Shown here: positions 56,388 through 64,000 of the stretch, piece after piece
Numbering within the stretch: position 1 is the first letter of the stretch
Layout of the letters: each line of letters opens with the position of its first letter
Source of the DNA: an uncultured Alphaproteobacteria bacterium
GTDB lineage: Bacteria > Pseudomonadota > Alphaproteobacteria > Caedimonadales > UBA9215
Direction: 5' to 3'
Length of the DNA: 64,000 bases
Assembly: GCA_963974885.1 (NCBI GenBank)
Contig: CAXBEY010000001.1
Location: 20,372 to 84,371, forward strand
The notes under the pieces: model-generated
The model's input: the letters and a program-made list of their open reading frames with translations, nothing else
What the model was told of the DNA's origin: nothing
Database searches by the model: none
Translations under genes and position numbers: made by a program

Positions 56388-57935
56388 ATGAAAAAGTCGA
56401 TTAAATTAGTATTTTTAGCCTTATGTATTGGATTGCTTTTCCCTCAGTTGGGCCATGGTGAAAAGCTCTATAATGCACAAACTTTTACGTTAACAAATGG
56501 CTTGAAAGTTTACTTGATCGAAAATCATCGTGTTCCCGTTGTCTCCCATATGGTTGTGTATCGTGTGGGAAGTGCTGACGATCCCCTTGGAAAATCAGGC
56601 CTCGCCCATTTTATGGAACACATGATGTTTAAAGGCCCTAAAGGATCTGCACCAGAGCGCCTCATGGGGGATGTGAATAAAATTGGCGGATCTGTGAATG
56701 CGTCAACTGACTTTGATGTAACATCTTATTACGAGATTGTGCCACGGGCGCATCTTGAGCATTTTATGAAACTAGAAGCCTCAAGAATGATGGATCTTCC
56801 GGTCCGTTTAAAGGATACAACGCCTGAAATTCAAGTGGTTTTAGAAGAGGAAAATATGCGTATGGGTAATAATCCCATGATGCAATTTTACCGAGATCTT
56901 TATGGAGCTTATTTCCGTCATCACCCTTATGGAACCATGCCCATTGGATGGCGCCATGAAATTAAGGCCTATACGCCCCAAGATGTTAAAAACTTCCACA
57001 GGCGTTTTTATGCGCCGGATAATGCCTTTATTATTTTGAGTGGTGATCTTACCTTGCAAAAAGCCAAGGAGCTTGTTGAAAAATACTATGGTGGCATCGC
57101 CCCCTCAAAGCAACCGCCCCGTAAACGTGTTCAAGAGCCAGCACTGACCAGCATCATTCAAGTGACCAAGGTTTCAGATCGTGTTGCTCATCCTTCCGTT
57201 GTGATGATGGTGCCGGCTCCGACCTATGATCCAGAAAACCCAACACCAGCAGACGCTCTTGATCTTGCCATTTATGGCTTAAGTAATTCTGCAACGGGTC
57301 TTCTTTATCGTCGCTTGGTTGAAGACCTTAAGGTCGCCACGTCTTTTTCTATGGGGTATAATCCTTATAAAGTAGATGAGGCGATGATCACCATTGCCGC
57401 CCAAGGGGCCCCTGGTATTCCCCCGGAGGCTCTTAAAAAAGTCATTCAAGAAGAAATCAAAAAAATTATTGATCAGGGATTTACCAGTGCCCAGCTTGAA
57501 AAATTCAAAACACAAACTTTATCTACCCTTGATTACTTAAAGGATTCACTGCTGGGTGGGGCTAACCATCTTGTGGCTCCTCTCATTAAAAATATTCCCC
57601 TTGAGCAAATTGAAACATGGCCAGAAACAACAAAAGCTCTCAAACTTGAGGATGTGAATGGGGCGTTAAAAGCTCATCTTGCGCCGCAATATTATGTTTT
57701 TGGCTATTTGTTGCCTGAGAAAATGGAAGCACCTGGGCTCCTTGAAAAGGGAGATATTGAAAAGCCTCAAGAAAAAGAAGTCATAGAAAAGCCTAAGGCC
57801 GCTGTTAAAGAAGTGGCTCAAAAGAAAGTTAGCAGGCCTAAAAAAATCATGCCTCCGAAAAAGCCCCCCTTTAAAAAGAAACCTCTTATAAAAGCAAAAA
57901 ATACCACAACGCGAAAAGGAGCCAAGCATGCCTAA
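56388..57935 (+). CDS. M16 (pitrilysin) family zinc peptidase, active-site-bearing subunit, with a Lys/Pro-rich C-terminal tail
   Basis: Signal peptide and inverted zinc motif HFMEHMMFKG (HxxEH, near nt 56607). Tail: KPKAAVKEVAQKKVSRPKKIMPPKKPPFKKKPLIKAKNTTTRKGAKHA. Confidence 0.85.
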   Translation: MKKSIKLVFLALCIGLLFPQLGHGEKLYNAQTFTLTNGLKVYLIENHRVPVVSHMVVYRVGSADDPLGKSGLAHFMEHMMFKGPKGSAPERLMGDVNKIGGSVNASTDFDVTSYYEIVPRAHLEHFMKLEASRMMDLPVRLKDTTPEIQVVLEEENMRMGNNPMMQFYRDLYGAYFRHHPYGTMPIGWRHEIKAYTPQDVKNFHRRFYAPDNAFIILSGDLTLQKAKELVEKYYGGIAPSKQPPRKRVQEPALTSIIQVTKVSDRVAHPSVVMMVPAPTYDPENPTPADALDLAIYGLSNSATGLLYRRLVEDLKVATSFSMGYNPYKVDEAMITIAAQGAPGIPPEALKKVIQEEIKKIIDQGFTSAQLEKFKTQTLSTLDYLKDSLLGGANHLVAPLIKNIPLEQIETWPETTKALKLEDVNGALKAHLAPQYYVFGYLLPEKMEAPGLLEKGDIEKPQEKEVIEKPKAAVKEVAQKKVSRPKKIMPPKKPPFKKKPLIKAKNTTTRKGAKHA

Positions 57936-59277
57936 AGTCTTTTCCTCTCTAGGAAGCTCTGCAAAAGCCTCTTTTTCTGCTCTTTGTCTTACTGTTTTTT
58001 TAAGTACTTTGACGCCCTTAAGCGCCCTTGAGATTCATCAGCTTACAACGCCTAAAGGCCTTAAGGTTTGGTTTGCACCCGATAAGACTGTGCCGGTAAT
58101 TTCTATGGCTTTTAGTTTTGAGAATGCAGGTAGTGCCCATAATGCGGCGGAAAAAGCAGGCCTTGCCATGATGTCTGCGGCTCTTATGACAGAAGGGGCT
58201 GGGAAACTGGAGGCTAATGCTTTTTCTGAAAAGCTGGCAGAGCTTGGTGTTGGGATTGCTTTTAGTGCTGATGCTGATTATTTTAGAGGGGGTTTTAAAA
58301 CAACTCTGCGGACAAAAAAAGAAGCTATGGCTCTTTTAAAAGAGGTGCTTTATAAGGCACACCTTCCAGAGGACCGCCTTGAAATTTTACGCCAACAAGC
58401 GCTTTCCTCTCTTCAAGCTAACCTCAAGGAACCTAATTATATCCTTGGGGAGTCTGCTCGAAAAGTGCTTTATGAAGGGCATCCCTATGAGCGTTCTGGA
58501 GAGGGGACACTTGAAAGTCTAAAGGAAATTTCCACCGATGATATTAGAGATTTTTTAAAAGGCAATTTAGCACGATCTAACTTGAAAATTGCCATTTGTG
58601 GTAACTTATCAACGAATGATGTGATTGAGTTAGTGGACTCTGTGTTTGCCGATCTTCCTTTGACGGCAATGGGAAAACCTTTACCAAAGCATGATGTTAC
58701 CTATTCAGGTGAGACCACGGTTACCCAACAAACCATTCCTCAAAGTGTGAGCCTATTTTATCATCCGGGCCTCAATACCGATCATAAAAACTATATGATG
58801 TTGTCATTGGTTAGTTATATTTTTGGCTCCGGATTTAACTCACGACTTGTGCAGGAAGTGCGTGAAAAAAATGGCCTGGCCTATGTGGTGCAAAGTTTTT
58901 TGAGCCTCAAAAAAGAAGCGGCCTCCCTTGGTGGTTTCGTGGGAAGTGAGAATGCAAAAATTGATGATGCCTTAACACGCATTAAAAAGGAATTTGCAAC
59001 TTTGGCTTCTTTTGGAGTCACAGAGCAGGAACTCAAAGATGCGAAAAAAGCAGCCATTGGATCCTTTATTCTCCGTCTTTCTTCTACTAGCGCCATTGCG
59101 GGGCAACTCCTGACCTATCAAGAAATTAATTACCCCGCTTCCTATCTCAATGAACGATCTGGGAAAATTAATGCCCTTCGAATTGATGAGGTGAATACTT
59201 TTATTAAGGGCTTCTTTGACTTGCAGAAACTAACTTTTTTTGTCGTTGGTAATCCGGAAAAGGACCTAACGCAATGA
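57928..59277 (+). CDS. M16 family peptidase-like protein lacking the HxxEH motif (probable non-catalytic partner)
   Basis: 449 aa with a signal peptide and M16 fold pattern. The HxxEH position reads LAMMSAALMTEG. 8-nt overlap with the upstream M16 gene. Confidence 0.75.
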   Translation: MPKVFSSLGSSAKASFSALCLTVFLSTLTPLSALEIHQLTTPKGLKVWFAPDKTVPVISMAFSFENAGSAHNAAEKAGLAMMSAALMTEGAGKLEANAFSEKLAELGVGIAFSADADYFRGGFKTTLRTKKEAMALLKEVLYKAHLPEDRLEILRQQALSSLQANLKEPNYILGESARKVLYEGHPYERSGEGTLESLKEISTDDIRDFLKGNLARSNLKIAICGNLSTNDVIELVDSVFADLPLTAMGKPLPKHDVTYSGETTVTQQTIPQSVSLFYHPGLNTDHKNYMMLSLVSYIFGSGFNSRLVQEVREKNGLAYVVQSFLSLKKEAASLGGFVGSENAKIDDALTRIKKEFATLASFGVTEQELKDAKKAAIGSFILRLSSTSAIAGQLLTYQEINYPASYLNERSGKINALRIDEVNTFIKGFFDLQKLTFFVVGNPEKDLTQ

Positions 59278-60527
59278 GCCAGCTAACTTTTTCTTATCAA
59301 GCTGTTTCTCTACCGTCTTTTCCAAAAGCTCCCTTGCGGTGTGTTCAAGAAAAGTTAGAGAAACAGGCCTATGCGTTTTTTAATATCTTAGGGGATGAGG
59401 CTCTGCTGTCTCAGGTAGAAGAGAAAGCAAATGCGTTAAAGGAGGGGTTTAAGCACTTTGTTGTTTTGGGCACAGGGGGGTCGTCCCTTGGAGCGAAAAC
59501 TCTGTGTGATCTAAAAAATAATCCTTTTGGCAATCAAAAGCACCACGTTCACTTTCTCAATAATGTGGATTCTCATACAATTGAGCAGATGTTAGAAAGC
59601 CTTGACTTAGAACGAACCTGCTTTATTTCTGTGTCTAAATCTGGTTCAACAGCCGAGACTCTTTGCCAGACCCTTTGCCTTATGAAGGCCCTTGAAATAA
59701 AGGGGATGGATGTTAAAAAGCACTTTGAAATCCTCACAGAAAATAAAGATTCGCCCCTGACCCAGTTGGCTGAAACCTATCTCATTACCCCCCTCAATCA
59801 CCACAAAGAAATTGGCGGTCGCTTTTCTGTTTTTTCCAACGTAGGTCTTTTGCCAGCAGCTTTGATGGGGGTTGATATCAGAGCTCTTCACAGGGCTGCC
59901 AAATCTTACGTGGCAGATTTTCAAAAAGATATCAACAATAACTTGCTAAATCACCCCGCCCTTGAAGGCTCTCTTTTTGCGTTTCAAGCCATGGAAAATT
60001 CTAAACCTATTGCTGTGATGATGCCCTATGTAGACCGCCTTACTTCTTTTGCTCAGTGGCATGCTCAACTATGGGGTGAGAGTCTTGGTAAGAAAGGAAA
60101 AGGGTCAACACCTGTTCCAGCCCTTGGCACTGTGGATCAACATTCTCAACTCCAGCTTTATAACGATGGTCCAAACGATAAGACCTATACCTTTTTAGTG
60201 GAAGATTCACGGAAAAAAGGTCTCGTGCCTAATGCCTATGTTTATACGGATGCAAAGCTTTCTTATCTTGAAGATAAAACCATGGGTGATCTTTTATATG
60301 CAGAAGCAAGAGCAACCATTGATTCCCTGATTAAAGTCGGCCGCCCCCTTCGCGCCATTGCGTTTAAAAAACTTGATGAAACCGTGTTGGGCAATTTGTT
60401 AGCACACTTTATGTTGGAAACTATTTTGACGGCCGAGCTCCTTAGTCTTGATGCATTTGATCAGCCAGGCGTAGAAGAGAGCAAGCGCTTAACACGTGAT
60501 TATCTAGCTGAGAAACAAGCCTCCTAA
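59274..60527 (+). CDS. pgi: glucose-6-phosphate isomerase (short form)
   Basis: 417 aa. LGTGGSSLG and SKSGSTAETL SIS-domain motifs, and a GTVDQHSQLQLY motif. Confidence 0.8.
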   Translation: MSQLTFSYQAVSLPSFPKAPLRCVQEKLEKQAYAFFNILGDEALLSQVEEKANALKEGFKHFVVLGTGGSSLGAKTLCDLKNNPFGNQKHHVHFLNNVDSHTIEQMLESLDLERTCFISVSKSGSTAETLCQTLCLMKALEIKGMDVKKHFEILTENKDSPLTQLAETYLITPLNHHKEIGGRFSVFSNVGLLPAALMGVDIRALHRAAKSYVADFQKDINNNLLNHPALEGSLFAFQAMENSKPIAVMMPYVDRLTSFAQWHAQLWGESLGKKGKGSTPVPALGTVDQHSQLQLYNDGPNDKTYTFLVEDSRKKGLVPNAYVYTDAKLSYLEDKTMGDLLYAEARATIDSLIKVGRPLRAIAFKKLDETVLGNLLAHFMLETILTAELLSLDAFDQPGVEESKRLTRDYLAEKQAS

Positions 60528-60544
60528 ATAAGAGTATTTACGCG

Positions 60545-62515
60545 ATGTCCATACGTTTACTGCCCCCTACCTTGATCAATCAAATTGCGGCTGGTGAAGT
60601 TCTTGAACGCCCCGCGTCTGCCATTAAAGAACTGGTAGAAAACAGCCTTGATGCAGGGGCAACTTCCATTGAGATTTCTGTACGTGATGGGGGGCGAAGC
60701 TATTTATCTATTGTTGATAATGGGTGCGGCATGACAAAAGAAGACCTTACCCTTTGTGTGCAACGCCATGCGACGTCAAAGCTTTCAGACGAGAATTTAT
60801 TTGATATTAAAACCCTTGGTTTTCGGGGAGAAGCTCTTCCTTCCATTGGGTCTGTTGCGCGATTAAAAATCACAACAAAATACAGAGATGAAGACCAGGC
60901 ATTTGATCAAGAAAATCATGATCAAGACAGAGAAAATCATGCATGGGCTTTAACCATTGAAGGTGGAGCTCAAAAGGATCTCGAGCCGGCTTCCCTTGCC
61001 CACGGCACAAAGGTTGAGGTCAGTGATCTTTTCTTTGCAACGCCTGCACGGTTGAAATTCCTTAAAGCCCCCCATACGGAAATCACCCATGCTTTAGATG
61101 CCTTAAAGCGCCTTGCCATGGCCAACCCTTATGTTGCCTTTCTCTTTAAAGACGAGAAAAAGACACTGCTCCATTGTGGGGCACAGTCCGTTGACGATGA
61201 GGATGCGGCGCTAAAGCGCCTTGGTGATATCATGGGATCTGACTTTACGGAAAATGCTGTGGCCATTGACCTTGAGCAAGAAGACTTTCGTTTGACGGGG
61301 TTTGCGGGGCTGCCAACTTTAAATCGAGCCAATGCCCAGTATCAATTTCTTTTTGTGAATGGACGTCCTGTAAAAGATAAAATCCTTAACCACGGGGTCA
61401 AGGTTGCCTACGCGGATTACCTTGCCCGAGATCGTTTCCCTTTGGTGTGTTTGTTCTTAGAATTGAAACCTGAAGCCGTAGATATGAATGTGCATCCAGC
61501 TAAAACGGAGGTGCGTTTTAGAGAGCCAGGGAAGGTACGCAGTATTATCGTGAGTGCCCTTAAAAATGCCTTGCAACACTCAGGTTTTCGCGCATCTACC
61601 ACCATTGCAGATGAAGCGTTATCCTCCTTTAAAGTAGGGCCAACCCCTCATCAACCAACGTTAACTTTGCATTCTACATCCCAGAGACAAGGTGGAACAT
61701 CGTCGAGTTTTTCCCAAGGTCTTAAAACCTTTGCTAATGCTAATATGAACCGGCCATCAAATCCAAGTGTGGGCGCTCGAAATTTTGCCTTTTCTGCTCA
61801 GGCACCTACCTCTTCGCGGGCCCCCTCATACGGCCTAGCAGAAGGAGCCTCTTTTGCCCTTAAACAAGCCTTAGAAAATGATTTCTTGCCTGATCAAGAC
61901 CTCTCTCAAACCCCTGAGCAGGATGATTTTTCAGCTTATCCTTTGGGACTTGCGCGGGCTCAACTTCATGATACCTATGTGATTGCTGAATCTCAAGATG
62001 GGGTTGTCATTGTGGATCAACATGCGGTTCACGAACGCCTTGTATATGAAGGGCTAAAAACCCAGATGGCTGAAAAAGGCATTCGTCGTCAAGGGTTGCT
62101 TATTCCAGAAGTTATTGAGCTCCAAGGAAATCAGTACCATAAAATTCTTGAAATCTCATCGGACCTTGAGGCCCTTGGCTTGGTGATTGAGAGCTTTGGC
62201 GGGAACGCTATTGTTGTCAGAGAAATACCAGCGCTTTTAGGGCAAAGTGACATCAAAGCTCTTATCCTAGATATTGTGGATGACCTTGATGAAATAGGGT
62301 CTAGCGCAAAACTGAAAGAAACCATCGATAATATCCTGGGGACCATGGCTTGTCACGGTAGTATCCGAGCTGGCCGCCGGTTGTCCCTTCAAGAAATGAA
62401 CGAGCTTTTGCGCCAAATGGAGGCAACACCCTATTCGGGCCAATGTAACCATGGCCGCCCGACTTATGTAGAACTCAAAAAAAAGGATATCGAACGCCTT
62501 TTTGGTCGTTCTTAG
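60545..62515 (+). CDS. mutL: DNA mismatch repair protein MutL
   Basis: 656 aa. IRLLPPTLINQIAAGEVLERPASAIKELVENSLDAG GHKL ATPase N-terminus and a C-terminal dimerisation domain (CNHGRPT). Confidence 0.95.
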   Translation: MSIRLLPPTLINQIAAGEVLERPASAIKELVENSLDAGATSIEISVRDGGRSYLSIVDNGCGMTKEDLTLCVQRHATSKLSDENLFDIKTLGFRGEALPSIGSVARLKITTKYRDEDQAFDQENHDQDRENHAWALTIEGGAQKDLEPASLAHGTKVEVSDLFFATPARLKFLKAPHTEITHALDALKRLAMANPYVAFLFKDEKKTLLHCGAQSVDDEDAALKRLGDIMGSDFTENAVAIDLEQEDFRLTGFAGLPTLNRANAQYQFLFVNGRPVKDKILNHGVKVAYADYLARDRFPLVCLFLELKPEAVDMNVHPAKTEVRFREPGKVRSIIVSALKNALQHSGFRASTTIADEALSSFKVGPTPHQPTLTLHSTSQRQGGTSSSFSQGLKTFANANMNRPSNPSVGARNFAFSAQAPTSSRAPSYGLAEGASFALKQALENDFLPDQDLSQTPEQDDFSAYPLGLARAQLHDTYVIAESQDGVVIVDQHAVHERLVYEGLKTQMAEKGIRRQGLLIPEVIELQGNQYHKILEISSDLEALGLVIESFGGNAIVVREIPALLGQSDIKALILDIVDDLDEIGSSAKLKETIDNILGTMACHGSIRAGRRLSLQEMNELLRQMEATPYSGQCNHGRPTYVELKKKDIERLFGRS

Positions 62516-62607
62516 ACCCACTCCTTCTATTAAAAATACCCATTTGATGAAAATATTGACTATTAGTTAAGAAAATGTTATTTCTTAAAGGTGTAACATT
62601 GAAAAAA

Positions 62608-63672
62608 ATGGACTTATTTATGAAGTATAAAATTTTTTTACTCTCTCTCTTCCTCATAATACCAGCCTATTCACAAGCTTCTGACCTTTCAGAGAGTCAA
62701 TTTGAAAGAGAGGCACGGGTAAAATTGCAAGATTACTCTGATAGCCTTGCTGCTGTTGAAGCCTATCTTGATAGACGTCTCAAGGGCCAGAAAACTCAAG
62801 TGATGCATCCAGAAATGAGAGACGATGTTGCAGTGCGCGTTCTCGACGGGTATTACCCTGAAGAATACAATGATTTTTCCTTAACGAACCATTCAGATTT
62901 TACTGCTCAAATTAAATATACACGCACCCAGTTAGGCTCCTTTATGATTCAAGTGAAAGAAGGTCACAGCGCGGCGGCTAAGCAGTATGATTCTTTAGTA
63001 GAAACACACGGAAAACTCAAGATTTTTTTCCGAGAGGTCAGCCATTATAAAGCCATTGATTTTAAGTCAAAGGATATAAAAGATTCTTTTCAAGGAGGAA
63101 AGAAGGAGCACGCTCACATGCTCCATTTAGCAGCTCACGAAACATGGAAACGTTCTGTTTTGACACATTTAAAATTTTCCGTTTATGCCCATAACCTTAT
63201 CGATCTCAAACTTCCTGATTATCTAGCCTCTGGGCGTCATGGTTTTATGGCACATCGTTATGCAATGATACCAGCTGTTTTACACGATAGATCTCATATT
63301 ATGTACGCAAATCTATCTTTTTCCTTGAAGGGAAAAAGCTATAAAAATGCTATCAGGTTTGTTTATGATACGGGTGCAACACATACGTGTCTTCCCTTTT
63401 CTTTGCTTGAGACTTGGGGGATTAAAGAAAGTGATTTGGATTGGAATGAACAATTTTTTACGGCAAATGGCATTGGCGAAGGCACTCGTCTCAAAACCCA
63501 TCATTTACAGCTACATGCCCACGTTGTTTTCTTTGGAATGGACGTTTCTATAAATCGTAAAGGCACAAGTTGTTTGCTGGGTACGGATATTTCTGACCAG
63601 TTTCTTCAGGAAATAAGGAAGGGAACCAGCAAAGAATTCATGGCTATTCAAAACAATTGGCGGGATCTATAG
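62608..63672 (+). CDS. hypothetical secreted protein with a C-terminal retropepsin-like (clan AA) aspartic protease domain
   Basis: Signal peptide (KYKIFLLSLFLIIPAYSQA), about 240 aa of unknown domain, then FVYDTGATHTCLP (D-T-G-A at nt 63367-63378) and LLGTDI near the C-terminus. The start could be ATG 62608 or 62620. Confidence 0.6.
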   Translation: MDLFMKYKIFLLSLFLIIPAYSQASDLSESQFEREARVKLQDYSDSLAAVEAYLDRRLKGQKTQVMHPEMRDDVAVRVLDGYYPEEYNDFSLTNHSDFTAQIKYTRTQLGSFMIQVKEGHSAAAKQYDSLVETHGKLKIFFREVSHYKAIDFKSKDIKDSFQGGKKEHAHMLHLAAHETWKRSVLTHLKFSVYAHNLIDLKLPDYLASGRHGFMAHRYAMIPAVLHDRSHIMYANLSFSLKGKSYKNAIRFVYDTGATHTCLPFSLLETWGIKESDLDWNEQFFTANGIGEGTRLKTHHLQLHAHVVFFGMDVSINRKGTSCLLGTDISDQFLQEIRKGTSKEFMAIQNNWRDL

Positions 63673-63858
63673 GAACCTCTGCAAAAGGGGTGGAATTTTT
63701 TAGAAAAACTCCCCAATTTATTAAAAATATTATATAACTTTTTTATGAGAATCACATTGAGACCCTTGCAAGGAGTTTCTTTTTTCGTTTTTTCTTTTAG
63801 CTTTTGAAAATGCCCTGTAAACTTTATAAGACAGAAGGCGAAAAAAAAGCAGGGCAAA

Positions 63859-64000
63859 ATGGCATATTTTTATAGAACTCTTATCTTCTCTGTCCTGGTT
63901 TTGTGCCCAACGATTGGGCTAACAAAACGCCCAACTGCCTATGTGCCTTCTGTGATTATTGAAACGGTCACCTCGCAAACCATACACACGCCCCTTGAGG
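63859..64000 (+). CDS. 5' end of an ORF running off the window, possibly an efflux adaptor (membrane fusion protein)
   Basis: MAYFYRTLIFSVLVLCPTIGLTKRPTAYVPSVIIETVTSQTIHTPLE: an anchor helix followed by a 'V..v....i....e' pattern common at MFP N-termini. Only 47 codons are visible. Confidence 0.3.
   Translation, partial: MAYFYRTLIFSVLVLCPTIGLTKRPTAYVPSVIIETVTSQTIHTPLE

Noticed and set aside
1-64000. Search by eye for tRNA, rRNA, CRISPR arrays, RNase P / SRP / 6S RNAs, riboswitches and T-boxes in all intergenic regions longer than 80 nt.
   Set aside because: I saw no cloverleaf-compatible T-loop/acceptor pairs, no regularly spaced direct repeats and no conserved ncRNA core motifs. This is a manual scan only. 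tRNAscan-SE/Infernal would be needed to exclude small or divergent RNAs, especially in 14216-14495, 17998-18306 and 22733-23001.

Overview
The window reads as a dense (about 90% coding), largely syntenic housekeeping stretch of an alphaproteobacterial chromosome. The assignment rests on gene neighbourhoods: argS-SPOR, tatABC-serS-nlpD-like-yajC-secDF, lspA-small lipoprotein-M16 pair, rph/rdgB/hemW, a DUF1465/RcdA-like gene and a CarD/CdnL gene. I call about 60 CDS. They include five aminoacyl-tRNA synthetase loci (tyrS, glyQS, argS, serS, ileS), Tat and Sec components, one RND pump, and a tightly packed minus-strand block rph-rdgB-hemW-msbA-DUF374-waaA-lpxK-lpxL-recJ. I found no rRNA, tRNA, CRISPR array or intact mobile element by eye. 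Unusual content is limited to a few spots:
1. A 5'-truncated IS256-family transposase remnant (about 13472-13854, missed by the ORF track) sits beside two secreted ORFans, where the conserved yfgM-bamB-der arrangement appears broken.
2. A rimK / AstE-AspA-type metallopeptidase / DTGA retropepsin-like three-gene module (18307-20731) is followed by a 119-bp element with perfect 21-bp terminal inverted repeats.
3. Two genes are apparently disrupted: waaA (frameshift plus a missing conserved strand) and a yfgM-like TPR gene (A8 tract).
4. A biotin-protein-ligase homologue has a signal-like N-terminus and degenerate catalytic motifs.
5. Lys/Ala/Pro-rich tails are appended to TatA, TatB, YajC and an M16 peptidase.
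6. Candidate secreted factors include an orphan RTX protein, a secreted retropepsin-like protein and a secreted protein with four C-terminal modules.
I see no clear multi-gene system of a wholly unknown kind; the rimK triad is the most system-like candidate. All homology statements come from reading the translations and from recalled family motifs. No database search or composition statistic was run.
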